Positions 17,972 through 26,806 of a DNA stretch of 64,000 nucleotides are shown here, one piece after another. The stretch is from positions 12,224 to 76,223 of the forward strand of contig CAZNLY010000007.1 in NCBI GenBank assembly GCA_964574295.1, written 5' to 3'. The first letter of the stretch is position 1. Each line of letters starts with the position of its first letter. Below the pieces are notes generated by a model. That model did no database searches, was not told where the DNA came from, and saw only the letters and a list, made by a program, of their open reading frames with translations. The translations under genes were made by a program, and so were the position numbers. This stretch comes from an uncultured Gemmatimonadaceae bacterium (GTDB taxonomy: Bacteria; Gemmatimonadota; Gemmatimonadetes; Gemmatimonadales; GWC2-71-9).

Positions 17972-18433
17972 TCAATCGGACGCAGGCGCCATCCGGAGCC
18001 TGAGCACCAGCGCGTCCTCGTCCGGGCGCCGGTAGTAGCCGCGCCGCCGGCCCTCGACCCCGAAGCCCCGCGAGGCGTAGAGCGCCTGGGCCACCCGGTT
18101 GGACGCGCGGACCTCGAGGAAGACCTCCTGCCCCCCGCGGGCCCGCACGGCCTCCAGGCCGAGGTCGAGCATGCGCCCGCCGAGCCGCTGCCCGCGCCAC
18201 TCCGGCACCACGGCGAGGTTGAGCACCTCGGCGGTGCCGAGGATCTCGCGGGCCAGGAAGTAGGCGATCGGGTCGCCGCCGGCGGTCATCACAAGCGCCA
18301 CCGTGCCCGGTAGGGTGAAGACCTCCCGGAATCCCTCGAGCGGCCACGGGTCGGAAAACGACCGCGCCTCGATCGCGGCCATGGCGGCCGCGTCAGCGAT
18401 CGAGGCCGGCCGAACCGGGAAGTCGCTGTCCAT
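17972..18433 (-). CDS. rimI: Ribosomal-protein-alanine N-acetyltransferase (GNAT)
   Basis: 153 aa. IEARSFSDPWP, LAVVPEWRGQRLGGRML (acetyl-CoA motif) and RASNRVAQALYASRGF. It sits next to tsaB/tsaE, as in many bacteria. Confidence 0.85.
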   Translation of the reverse strand: MDSDFPVRPASIADAAAMAAIEARSFSDPWPLEGFREVFTLPGTVALVMTAGGDPIAYFLAREILGTAEVLNLAVVPEWRGQRLGGRMLDLGLEAVRARGGQEVFLEVRASNRVAQALYASRGFGVEGRRRGYYRRPDEDALVLRLRMAPASD

Positions 18434-19211
18434 GCTCCCGCTCCCACTTGGCTTGCGCCTCCGCCGGACGCCCGTAGACGGGCTCCCAGGCGTTCACGTC
18501 CGTCACCGCGCCGAGGGCGCCGTCGCGGGCGGCGAGGTCGAGCAGCAGCGCCGCCGAACTCGCGGCCGACACCATCCGGGGCCGGAATCCCTCCGTCCAT
18601 TCCGCGAGGCGATCGGCGAGCCCGGCGGGGAGGACACCCGCCAGCACGTCGGGCACCGGACAGTCGGAGAGCAGCCACTCGGGAGTGCGCACCGTCGGCG
18701 CCTGGAGCACCTCCACCGCATTGCCCGGGAACCGATACTCCGCGGCGTACACCTCACCCCGCAACGCGTTGGAGACGGCCAGCACCCGCTCGGCTGGCGC
18801 CGGCCGCGCTGCCCACGCGACGGTGGCGAGGGCGGAAATCGTGTGGAAAGACAGGCCCCGCGACCGGACGAGCGCCTTGGCGACGGTGGCGCCCACGCGA
18901 AGCCCGGTGAAGCTGCCCGGGCCATCGGCCAGCAGCACCGTGGCGAGGTGCGCCGGGGTGAGCCCTGCATCGGCAAGGACCCGCTCGATCAGGGCGGGCA
19001 GCGCGCTGGCGTGTCGGCGGGCGCCGTCGATGCCCTCCTCCGCGAGGACGCGGCCCGGATGGCCCACCGCCACCGAGGCCCGGTCGCCGCTGGTGTCGAG
19101 CGCGAGCCAGGTCAGAACGCCTCCACGGAGCGGCGGCCCGGGTCGTCGAGATGCCCGAGCCGGAACCGAAGGCTCGGTTCCGGCATCCACGCCCCCGCGC
19201 GCTCCGGCCAC
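18393..19211 (-). CDS. tsaB: tRNA t6A biosynthesis protein TsaB (inactive Kae1/M22 homologue)
   Basis: WLALDTSGDRASVAV...DGPGSFTGLRVGATVAKAL is the TsaB signature. I give the maximal ORF (GTG 19211). The conserved core begins at about 19115, so the true start is uncertain (see findings). Confidence 0.8.
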   Translation of the reverse strand: MAGARGGVDAGTEPSVPARASRRPGPPLRGGVLTWLALDTSGDRASVAVGHPGRVLAEEGIDGARRHASALPALIERVLADAGLTPAHLATVLLADGPGSFTGLRVGATVAKALVRSRGLSFHTISALATVAWAARPAPAERVLAVSNALRGEVYAAEYRFPGNAVEVLQAPTVRTPEWLLSDCPVPDVLAGVLPAGLADRLAEWTEGFRPRMVSAASSAALLLDLAARDGALGAVTDVNAWEPVYGRPAEAQAKWEREHGQRLPGSAGLDR

Positions 19212-19522
19212 TCGACCAGCACGGCATCACCCTCGGCGAGCAGCGTTTCCCAGTCGAGGTCGGCCGCTTCCTCCGGCCGCTTGAGGCGATAACAATCGAG
19301 GTGAAAGACGGGGCCGCGCGCCCCGGCGTAGCGGTGCACCAGCGCGTAGGTCGGGCTCGTGGCGCCGGCGGTCACGCCGAGCCCGCGCGCGATGGCGCGG
19401 ATGAAGGTGGTCTTGCCGGCGCCGAGGTCGCCCTCGAAGGCGAGGACCGACCCCGCGGGGAGGGAGCGGCCGAGGGCCACCCCCTCCGCGACGAGCTCCG
19501 CCTCGGTGAGCTCCCGCCTCAT
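19112..19522 (-). CDS. tsaE: tRNA t6A biosynthesis ATPase TsaE
   Basis: The ATG at 19522 ([10 protein letters not shown]) overlaps the uvrB stop (ATGA). P-loop [29 protein letters not shown] and HLDCYRL are TsaE hallmarks. 136 aa. Confidence 0.85.
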   Translation of the reverse strand: MRRELTEAELVAEGVALGRSLPAGSVLAFEGDLGAGKTTFIRAIARGLGVTAGATSPTYALVHRYAGARGPVFHLDCYRLKRPEEAADLDWETLLAEGDAVLVEWPERAGAWMPEPSLRFRLGHLDDPGRRSVEAF

Positions 19523-21564
19523 GCGAACCGCCGGCGGCGCCCGGCGTCGCGGCGCACGTCCGGCGCGCCCGCCGCCTTGAGGTCGTTCACCTGGTCCCGC
19601 AGGAGCGCCGCGAGCTCGAACTCGAGGTTGGCGGCCGCCTCGCGCATTTGCTGCTCCAGGGCCTGGATGGCGCGCGCGCGCGCCGCTGGATCGTGGAGGT
19701 CGGCGCCGGCCACCGGTCCTTCGGGCGCCTGGGCCGGCCGCTCGACGCGCGCGTCGGCGACGTGCGTGGAAAGGCGCACCTGCTCCAGCGACTTGACGAT
19801 GGAGCGCGGTGTGATGTTGTGCTCGCGGTTGTACGCCTCCTGCAGCGCCCGCCGGCGGCTCATTTCGCGGAGGGCCCGCTCCATCGAGCCGGTGACCCGG
19901 TCGGCGTAGAGGATGCCGCGCCCGCCCACGTTGCGCGCCGCGCGGCCGACCGTCTGGATCAGCGACCGGTCGGAGCGCAGGAACCCCTCCTGGTCGGCGT
20001 CGAGGATGGCCACGAGCGACACCTCCGGGAGGTCGAGCCCCTCGCGAAGGAGGTTGATCCCGACGAGGACGTCGAAGTCGCCGAGGCGAAGCCCGCGGAG
20101 GATCTCGATGCGCTCGATGGCGTCGATGTCGGAGTGGAGGTAGCGCACCCGCACGCCGGCCTGCTGCAGGTAATCGGTGAGGTCCTCGGCCATCCGCTTG
20201 GTGAGGGTGGTGACCAGCACCCGCTCCCGCTGGCGGACCCGGAGCCGGATTTCGTGGAGGAGGTCGTCCACCTGGCCCTTGACCGGCCGGACCTCCACCT
20301 CGGGATCGACCAGGCCGGTGGGGCGGATGACCTGCTCGACCACCACCCCGTGCGAGAGGCCGAGCTCGAGCTCGCCGGGGGTGGCGGAGACGTTGATGAC
20401 CTGCGGCGCGAGGGCGAGGAACTCGTCGAAGCGCAGGGGTCGGTTGTCGAGCGCCGAGGGAAGGCGGAAGCCGTACTCGACGAGGGTCTCCTTGCGGGCG
20501 CGGTCGCCGTTCGACATGCCGCCGATCTGCGGCAGCGACACGTGGGACTCGTCCACGACCACCAGGAACTCCGGCGGGAAATAGTCGAGGAGGCAGGCGG
20601 GGCGCTCCCCCTCCGCCCGGCCGCTCAGGTGCCGGGAGTAGTTCTCGATGCCGGCGCAGGTGCCGGCCTCGAGGAGCATGTCCACGTCGAAGTGGGTGCG
20701 GGTTTCGAGGCGCTGCGCCTCGAGGAGCTTGCCGGCCTCGCGCAGCACCCGCAGGCGGTCGGCCAGCTCGGCCCGGATGGCGCGCACCGCCCGCTCCACC
20801 TTGCTCCGCGCGGTGACGAAGTGCTTGGCGGGGTAGATGGCGCAGCGAGGCAGCACCTGGATGGTCTCCCCGGTGAGCGGGTGGATCTTGGTGATCCGCT
20901 CCACGGTGTCGCCCCAGAGCTCGATTCGCACGGCCCGCTCCTCGTAGGCCGGGAAGATCTCGACCGTGTCGCCGCGGACGCGGAAGGTGCCGGGCTCGAA
21001 GCTCACGTCGTTGCGGGCGTACTGGATGGCCACGAGGTCGTGGAGGATGCCGTCGCGCCCGCGCTCGGTGCCCTGCTCCACCGTGACCATCTGGGCCCGG
21101 TACTCCACCGGATCGCCGAGGCCGTAGATGGCGCTGACGGTGGCGACGATGACGACGTCCTCGCGCTCGATGAGGCTGGAGGTGGCGCGGAGGCGGAGGC
21201 GCTCGATGTCCTGGTTGATCGAGGCGTCCTTCTCGATGTACACGTCGGTGCTCGGGACGTACGCCTCGGGCTGGTAGTAGTCGTAGTAGGACACGAAGTA
21301 CTCGACGGCGTTGCTGGGCAGGAACTGCCGCAGCTCGCCGTAGAGCTGGGCGGCGAGGGTCTTGTTGTGGGAGAGGACCAGCGTGGGCCGGCCGTACTGG
21401 GCCAGGACGTGCGCCAGCGTCATCGTCTTCCCGGAGCCGGTGACGCCGAGGAGGGTCTGGTAGCGGTCGCCCCGGCGGAGGCCGGCGGTGAGCTCGGCGA
21501 TGGCGCGGGGCTGGTCGCCGGCGGGCTCGAAGGGGGCCTCGACCCGGAACAGCGTGGTGGACAT
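19519..21564 (-). CDS. uvrB: Excinuclease ABC subunit B
   Basis: 681 aa. [12 protein letters not shown] (Walker A), VVDESHVS (DExH-type), [17 protein letters not shown], and the C-terminal UVR motif [10 protein letters not shown]. Confidence 0.95.
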   Translation of the reverse strand: MSTTLFRVEAPFEPAGDQPRAIAELTAGLRRGDRYQTLLGVTGSGKTMTLAHVLAQYGRPTLVLSHNKTLAAQLYGELRQFLPSNAVEYFVSYYDYYQPEAYVPSTDVYIEKDASINQDIERLRLRATSSLIEREDVVIVATVSAIYGLGDPVEYRAQMVTVEQGTERGRDGILHDLVAIQYARNDVSFEPGTFRVRGDTVEIFPAYEERAVRIELWGDTVERITKIHPLTGETIQVLPRCAIYPAKHFVTARSKVERAVRAIRAELADRLRVLREAGKLLEAQRLETRTHFDVDMLLEAGTCAGIENYSRHLSGRAEGERPACLLDYFPPEFLVVVDESHVSLPQIGGMSNGDRARKETLVEYGFRLPSALDNRPLRFDEFLALAPQVINVSATPGELELGLSHGVVVEQVIRPTGLVDPEVEVRPVKGQVDDLLHEIRLRVRQRERVLVTTLTKRMAEDLTDYLQQAGVRVRYLHSDIDAIERIEILRGLRLGDFDVLVGINLLREGLDLPEVSLVAILDADQEGFLRSDRSLIQTVGRAARNVGGRGILYADRVTGSMERALREMSRRRALQEAYNREHNITPRSIVKSLEQVRLSTHVADARVERPAQAPEGPVAGADLHDPAARARAIQALEQQMREAAANLEFELAALLRDQVNDLKAAGAPDVRRDAGRRRRFA

Positions 21565-21671
21565 AGGGGCAATATAGCGGTTTCGGTTTCTCTTCGGGAG
21601 CCGGGGAATCCGCCGAATTTCTGCTTGCCCCCTCTCTCCGTGAACGGTATGGTAGCCGGCACGGAGGGGCC

Positions 21672-24509
21672 TTGGCGGATCTCGTCGCGCACCTGCAGGC
21701 TGTCCTGGGGGATCGATACGCCTTCGTGCGCGAGGTGGGCACCGGCGGGATGGCCGTCGTGCTGCTCGCCACCGAGGTAAAGCACGGCCGCTCCGTGGCC
21801 GTCAAGGTGCTCCGCCCAGAACTCGCCGGGGTCATCGCGCGCGAGCGGTTCCTGCGCGAGATCCGGTATTCCGCGGAGTTCAGCCATCCCTGCATCCTCC
21901 CCCTGCTCGATTCCGGCGCGGCGCCGGCAGGCGCCGACTTCCCGGCCCTCCCCTTCTACACCATGCCGTTCGTGACCGGCGAGTCGTTGCGCGAGCGGAT
22001 CCGGCGGGAACACCAGCTCCCGGTGGACGAGGCGGTCGCCGTGGCGCGCGATGTCGCCGCCGCGCTCGACCACGCGCACGGCCGGGGCATCATCCACCGC
22101 GACATCAAGCCCGAGAACATCTACCTGAGCGGCGGCCATGCAGTGGTGGCCGACTTCGGGATCGCGCGGGCGCTCCAGGAGGCGTCCGACCCGGACGCGC
22201 TGACGAGCGCTGGCCTCGTGGTGGGCACCCCCCCGTACATGTCCCCGGAGCAGGCGGGGGGCGAGCCCTCCATCGGCGCCCGAAGCGACGTCTACGCCCT
22301 CGGGTGCGTCGTGTACGAGATGCTCGGGGGCGAGCCCCCGTTCAGCGGCGGGAGCGCGCAGGCCATCCTCGCCCGGCATCGGCTCGACCCCGTGCCATCG
22401 CTCTCGACCATCCGCCAAAGCGTGCCCCTCCCCGTGGAGCGCGCCGTCATGCGGGCGCTGGCCAAGTCGCCGGCGGATCGCTTCCGGTCGGCGGGGGAGT
22501 TCGCCGAGGCGCTCTCCGCGCCTGATACGCAAGCAGCGGCGGCGGCCGACGCACCCAAGCTCGCTCGGCGAGGGTGGCGCCGGTGGACGATGATTGGCGC
22601 CGCGGCCGTGGCCCTTGGCCTGGCCGTGTGGATGCTTGCGCGCGACCGGAGGCCCGATCGGAACGGGAACCGGGTGCTGGTCTTCCCGCTGGTCGAGCAG
22701 GGGGAGGGGCTCCGCCCCGGCACCGGGCAGGAGGTGGCGTTGATGATTGGCAGCGCGCTCGAGCACACGGAGCCGCTGCGCTGGATCGATGGCTGGACCT
22801 GGCTCTCCGCCGCCCAGCGGGAGAATGCCTCGCTGCTCTCCGGGCCGGAGGCGCGGGGCATCGCCGCTCGCCGTGGGGCGGGCTACTACCTCGACGGCGT
22901 GGTGGTCGGCCTGGCCGATTCGATGCGCGTCATCCTGAGGCTGAATGACGTTTCGGGAGACTCCGTCGTGGCACAGGCTACCTCGGCGGCGGCCCATGGG
23001 GCCGCGACCTACCCGCAACTCGGCCTTCGGGCGATGAACTACCTCTTGCCGGTGCTCCTCGAACCCGGGCGCTCCATTGATCCCTCCCCGCTCGCCGATC
23101 GCCATCCATCGGCGATCGCCAATTGGCTGCAAGGTGAGCGCGAGTACCGTCGCTCCCACTATGCGCTCGCGCTGGAATACCAGCGGCGAGCCGTCGCCGC
23201 GGATTCGACCATGGCCCTCGCCGCGCTCAAGGGAGCGCTAGCGGCCGAGTGGCAGCATGAGTACGCCGAAGCGGCGGACCTGGTCGCCCTGGCGCTCAGG
23301 AACGACAGCGTCCTGCCCGCACGATACGTCCATTTTGCCGAGGGGCTCCGCGACTACTACGCCGGGCGAGCCGACTCCGCCACCACGCACCTCGAACAGG
23401 CCCTGAGCCTCGACCCAGATTGGAGCGACGCGCTCATGGCGCTGGGGGAGGTGCGGTATCACCTCTTCACCGATTCCGATTCGGCCGCCGCCGATGCCTT
23501 TTCACGGGCGCGCAAGGCGGATCCCGAGTTCGCCCCGCCCCTCTTCCACCTGGCCGAGATCGCCATCCGCAATTCCGATACGGCGCAGGCGGCGGCGCTG
23601 GTCGAGGCGTTCCGGCGCACCGATCCGGACAGCCTTTGGATCGAGGAACTGAGCCTGTCGCTTGACTGCCTGCGGCGGGGTCCAGACAAGGCAGCTTGGA
23701 GACAGGCGGCGGCCTCCTTCCCGCTCGAGGCCGTTCAGTCTGCCAAGGTGCTGGCCTCCCGCGGAGCCCACCTCGGGTGTGCGACGACGGGATTCCGCGC
23801 CGTCCTGGCCGCCGACAGCGCTCCCCTCTCGGCTCGCTGGGGGGCGGTGCTCGGGCTCCAGGGGATCGAGACCGCCCGGGGGAGTCTCATGGCGGTGGAG
23901 GCGATTCTCGATTCCGCGGTGGCCGCCGGGATCCTGGCCGCCAAGGGACTGTATGTCGTGCACGCCGCGGCGGGCCACGGCATGGACCGCCAGGCAGCGG
24001 CGGTGATCGCGGAGCTTGCGGGCGACTATACCCGGATGGGAACGGGGCGCCTCTGGTTTCACGGGATCTGGCTGGCCCACCTCGGAGACCGGACCGGGCT
24101 TGCCGCGGTTGCCGCGGCCGCCACCCACCTGGCGGACTCCACCGGAATGCGCCTTGCCCGCTCGACGGCCGCGAGCCTGTCCGGCCGGCTGGCCCTCCTC
24201 AGCGCGGACACCACGGCCGCGATCGCGCAGTTACTGGAGGTCGCCCCCGCCGGCGACGGCGCGCAGATCGAGTGGGGGATGCAGGAGCCGTTCGGCCAAG
24301 AGCGGCTGCTGCTGGCGGAGGTGCTGCTGGCGCGGGGGCGCCCGCAGGAGGCGATCGAGGCGGCCGACCTGATCGATCATCCCCGCCCCATCATCTACCT
24401 CGTGTTTCTTCGGGAGAGCCTCGACCTCCGCATCCGGGCCGCCGAGCAATTGGGGAAAGCCGAACTCGCCGCCGGGTATCGGGCCCGACTGGCGCGGCTC
24501 TCCGAGTGA
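21672..24509 (+). CDS. Membrane Ser/Thr protein kinase with a large extracytoplasmic TPR-like helical domain
   Basis: TTG start 4 nt after GGAGG. Hanks kinase motifs [38 protein letters not shown] segment [18 protein letters not shown] near aa 305. About 620 aa of helical-repeat sequence follows. Confidence 0.85.
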   Translation: MADLVAHLQAVLGDRYAFVREVGTGGMAVVLLATEVKHGRSVAVKVLRPELAGVIARERFLREIRYSAEFSHPCILPLLDSGAAPAGADFPALPFYTMPFVTGESLRERIRREHQLPVDEAVAVARDVAAALDHAHGRGIIHRDIKPENIYLSGGHAVVADFGIARALQEASDPDALTSAGLVVGTPPYMSPEQAGGEPSIGARSDVYALGCVVYEMLGGEPPFSGGSAQAILARHRLDPVPSLSTIRQSVPLPVERAVMRALAKSPADRFRSAGEFAEALSAPDTQAAAAADAPKLARRGWRRWTMIGAAAVALGLAVWMLARDRRPDRNGNRVLVFPLVEQGEGLRPGTGQEVALMIGSALEHTEPLRWIDGWTWLSAAQRENASLLSGPEARGIAARRGAGYYLDGVVVGLADSMRVILRLNDVSGDSVVAQATSAAAHGAATYPQLGLRAMNYLLPVLLEPGRSIDPSPLADRHPSAIANWLQGEREYRRSHYALALEYQRRAVAADSTMALAALKGALAAEWQHEYAEAADLVALALRNDSVLPARYVHFAEGLRDYYAGRADSATTHLEQALSLDPDWSDALMALGEVRYHLFTDSDSAAADAFSRARKADPEFAPPLFHLAEIAIRNSDTAQAAALVEAFRRTDPDSLWIEELSLSLDCLRRGPDKAAWRQAAASFPLEAVQSAKVLASRGAHLGCATTGFRAVLAADSAPLSARWGAVLGLQGIETARGSLMAVEAILDSAVAAGILAAKGLYVVHAAAGHGMDRQAAAVIAELAGDYTRMGTGRLWFHGIWLAHLGDRTGLAAVAAAATHLADSTGMRLARSTAASLSGRLALLSADTTAAIAQLLEVAPAGDGAQIEWGMQEPFGQERLLLAEVLLARGRPQEAIEAADLIDHPRPIIYLVFLRESLDLRIRAAEQLGKAELAAGYRARLARLSE

Positions 24510-24554
24510 TCGTCACCACCGCAGGTTCACCGTCTGCCAAAAAGGGAGGACGCC

Positions 24555-24755
24555 ATGCCGACCAAGGCCACGAAGAAGCTCGGTAGGATTCTCAAGAAGA
24601 AGGGCCCTCGGGGACTGACGGAGAAGGAGTGCTGCCGGCTCGTCATGGCGCAGCTCGGCGAGATCGCGAAGTGGGAAGCGGCGGCTTGGCAGAAGCTCTG
24701 GGGCCCAGGCGGCGGCGGAACGCCGCCCCCACCACCGAAATGGCCGCCCGCGTGA
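24555..24755 (+). CDS. Small hypothetical protein (66 aa; Lys-rich N-terminus, amphipathic helix, Gly/Pro tail)
   Basis: The ATG is preceded by GGGAGGA (24544-24550) with 4-nt spacing. Mostly G/C third positions. MPTKATKKLGRILKKKGPRG...GPGGGGTPPPPPKWPPA. I recognise no family. Confidence 0.45.
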   Translation: MPTKATKKLGRILKKKGPRGLTEKECCRLVMAQLGEIAKWEAAAWQKLWGPGGGGTPPPPPKWPPA

Positions 24756-24828
24756 CTTTGAGGAGGCTGGAGCACGGCGCCCTCGGGCGCCGCGGCTCCC
24801 GCTTGATGACCGCGAGTTGGAGGGCACG

Positions 24829-25911
24829 ATGCCACCACCGAACGCATCCACGCAGGTCAACCCGCATCGCTGGAAGTGGATACTCGCATCCGTCCTGGCG
24901 CCCCTGACGATCATCCTGCTGGTGGCCCGGTTTTGGCACCCCCGGACGCGTGATACGCTTCAGGTATCGGGCGCAGCCGTCGGGACGCCCAAGTGGCTGC
25001 TCCTCGCCTCGAGTGATGTGGACCACGCAACCAATGGCTGCCCTGAGGACCTGGTGATCCCGTTCACTTCAGAGGCGGTTTCCTTTGCCAACATTACCGA
25101 CGCCTGTGCCACTGAGGTCTCGGTCTTTGCAGACGGGTACGCTCCCGTGCTGGTGTCAAAGCCCAACTGGACCTCGGGAGCGGACGTCGTCGACGTCACT
25201 CTTCCGCCCCCGTGGATCGTCGATCTCCGCGTCGTGGCCGAATACCCGGCGGCAACGGACACTGCGAAGGCGGCCGTCGACGTTGCCAATGCGACTCTTT
25301 CCCAGTACCGGGCGGGGATCATCGTTACCATGACCGGAGGCGTCATGGTGATCGACCCTGCCACGGACGGCCGCGCGGCAACGATCCGGGGCGGTCAGGT
25401 ATACGGGGCGGGATGCGGAGATCCGATTGCCAAGGACCTCACGCTATATGACCCTGGCAGCGGGCAGATCTTTGTATTCTTCATCGATGCGCCTCCTCGG
25501 TGGAATCTCGGGGACAGTGATTGGGGATACGACTGCGATTCCCGACCCAACATCATCTTCGTCCGGCGCGGCGCTCGGCTCGAGACCCTCGCCCATGAGC
25601 TCGGCCACGCGATCGGCCTGAAGCACGTGGGGGCGGGAAACGACCTGATCTCGTATGGCTGGACGGCGGACAACCTTATGCAATCCAGCGCGTTTGACCC
25701 GGCGATCACGAAACCGGTCGGCCGGCTCACCCTGGGTCAGGTGTATCGGGCGAGCTTTGACGCCGTTTCGTGGCTCCAGGCCGGACACATTCGGACCGGA
25801 GAGTCGAAAACCTGCCAGGCGGTCAGCGCCCCCGACAGCATCTACAACGATCCTGTGTCCACGGCCACCGAGCGCTGGCCATGCCCGCGCGGCACGCTCG
25901 ACTGGCCATGA
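24829..25911 (+). CDS. Membrane-anchored zinc metalloprotease (metzincin-type HExxHxxGxxH)
   Basis: The ATG at 24829 lies 4 nt after GGAGGG. N-terminal TM WKWILASVLAPLTIILLV. Zinc motif TLAHELGHAIGLKHV, followed by ADNLMQS (a possible Met-turn). The track ORF begins at TTG 24817. Confidence 0.75.
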   Translation: MPPPNASTQVNPHRWKWILASVLAPLTIILLVARFWHPRTRDTLQVSGAAVGTPKWLLLASSDVDHATNGCPEDLVIPFTSEAVSFANITDACATEVSVFADGYAPVLVSKPNWTSGADVVDVTLPPPWIVDLRVVAEYPAATDTAKAAVDVANATLSQYRAGIIVTMTGGVMVIDPATDGRAATIRGGQVYGAGCGDPIAKDLTLYDPGSGQIFVFFIDAPPRWNLGDSDWGYDCDSRPNIIFVRRGARLETLAHELGHAIGLKHVGAGNDLISYGWTADNLMQSSAFDPAITKPVGRLTLGQVYRASFDAVSWLQAGHIRTGESKTCQAVSAPDSIYNDPVSTATERWPCPRGTLDWP

Positions 25912-25954
25912 CTGACGCTGACGGTGACGGAGCCCTTCGAATCGGAGACCGTGC

Positions 25955-26800
25955 ATGAAGTGGCAACGCGGATACGAGAGCTCGAATGTCGAGGACCGCC
26001 GGGGCGCCGGGGGCGGGCGCCTCCCCGGCGGCCGGCTCGGGCTGGGCGGGATCGTCGTCCTCCTCATCCTGAGCCTGCTCTTCAAGAGGGATTTCCTGTC
26101 GCTGGCCGGCGACCTCACCGGCGGTGCGCCCGCAGGGGCGCCCTCAGGGGAGGTCGTCTCCAGCCCCGAGGAGGACTCCACCAAGCAGTTCATCTCCTAT
26201 GTGCTCGACGACGCCCAGGCGACGTGGGAGGGCATCTTCACCGGGAACGGCTCGGAGTACCCCGACGCCCGGCTGGTCCTCTTCCGCGACGGCGTGCAGT
26301 CGGCGTGCGGCTTCGCCGAGTCCGCCACCGGGCCGTTCTACTGCCCCGGTGACCAGCAGGTGTACATCGACCTCGGCTTCTACGACGAACTCCGCGACCG
26401 TTTCGGGGCGCCGGGGGACTTTGCCCAGGCCTACGTGCTGGCCCACGAGATCGGCCACCACGTGCAGCGGCTCCTCGGGACGGAGGCGGAGGTCCGGCGG
26501 CTCCAGCAGCGCAATCCGCGCCAGGCCAACGCGCTCTCGGTGGCGCTCGAGCTCCAGGCCGATTGCTACGCCGGGGTCTGGGCGCAGTCGGCCCAGGCGC
26601 GCGGCCTGCTGGAAACGGGGGACATCGAGGAGGGGCTGGACGCCGCCGCCTCGGTGGGCGACGACCGGATCCAGCGGATGGGCGGCGGGTACGTGAACCC
26701 CGACGCCTTTACCCACGGGTCGGCGGAGCAGCGGAGCGAGTGGTTCCGGCGGGGGCTGGCCTCGGGCGACCCCGCCCAGTGCGACACCTTCCGGGAGTAG
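25955..26800 (+). CDS. ypfJ: YpfJ-family neutral zinc metallopeptidase
   Basis: 281 aa. MKWQRGYESSNVEDRRG, a TM segment, GPFYCPGDQQVYIDL.F, AYVLAHEIGHHVQ, ELQADCYAGVWA and THGSAEQRSEWFRRG match the YpfJ family as I recall it. Confidence 0.85.
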   Translation: MKWQRGYESSNVEDRRGAGGGRLPGGRLGLGGIVVLLILSLLFKRDFLSLAGDLTGGAPAGAPSGEVVSSPEEDSTKQFISYVLDDAQATWEGIFTGNGSEYPDARLVLFRDGVQSACGFAESATGPFYCPGDQQVYIDLGFYDELRDRFGAPGDFAQAYVLAHEIGHHVQRLLGTEAEVRRLQQRNPRQANALSVALELQADCYAGVWAQSAQARGLLETGDIEEGLDAAASVGDDRIQRMGGGYVNPDAFTHGSAEQRSEWFRRGLASGDPAQCDTFRE

Positions 26801-26806
26801 CGCGGC

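Noticed and set aside
19112-21895. A 927-aa minus-strand ORF running through the uvrB region
   Set aside because: Only its last 136 codons (tsaE) are real. The remainder is an alternative frame of uvrB with Arg/Pro/Gly-rich nonsense. The same applies to the N-terminal extensions of the track ORFs that contain tolB, rel, secA, carB, murB, pyrD, the amidase, aspA and bamD.
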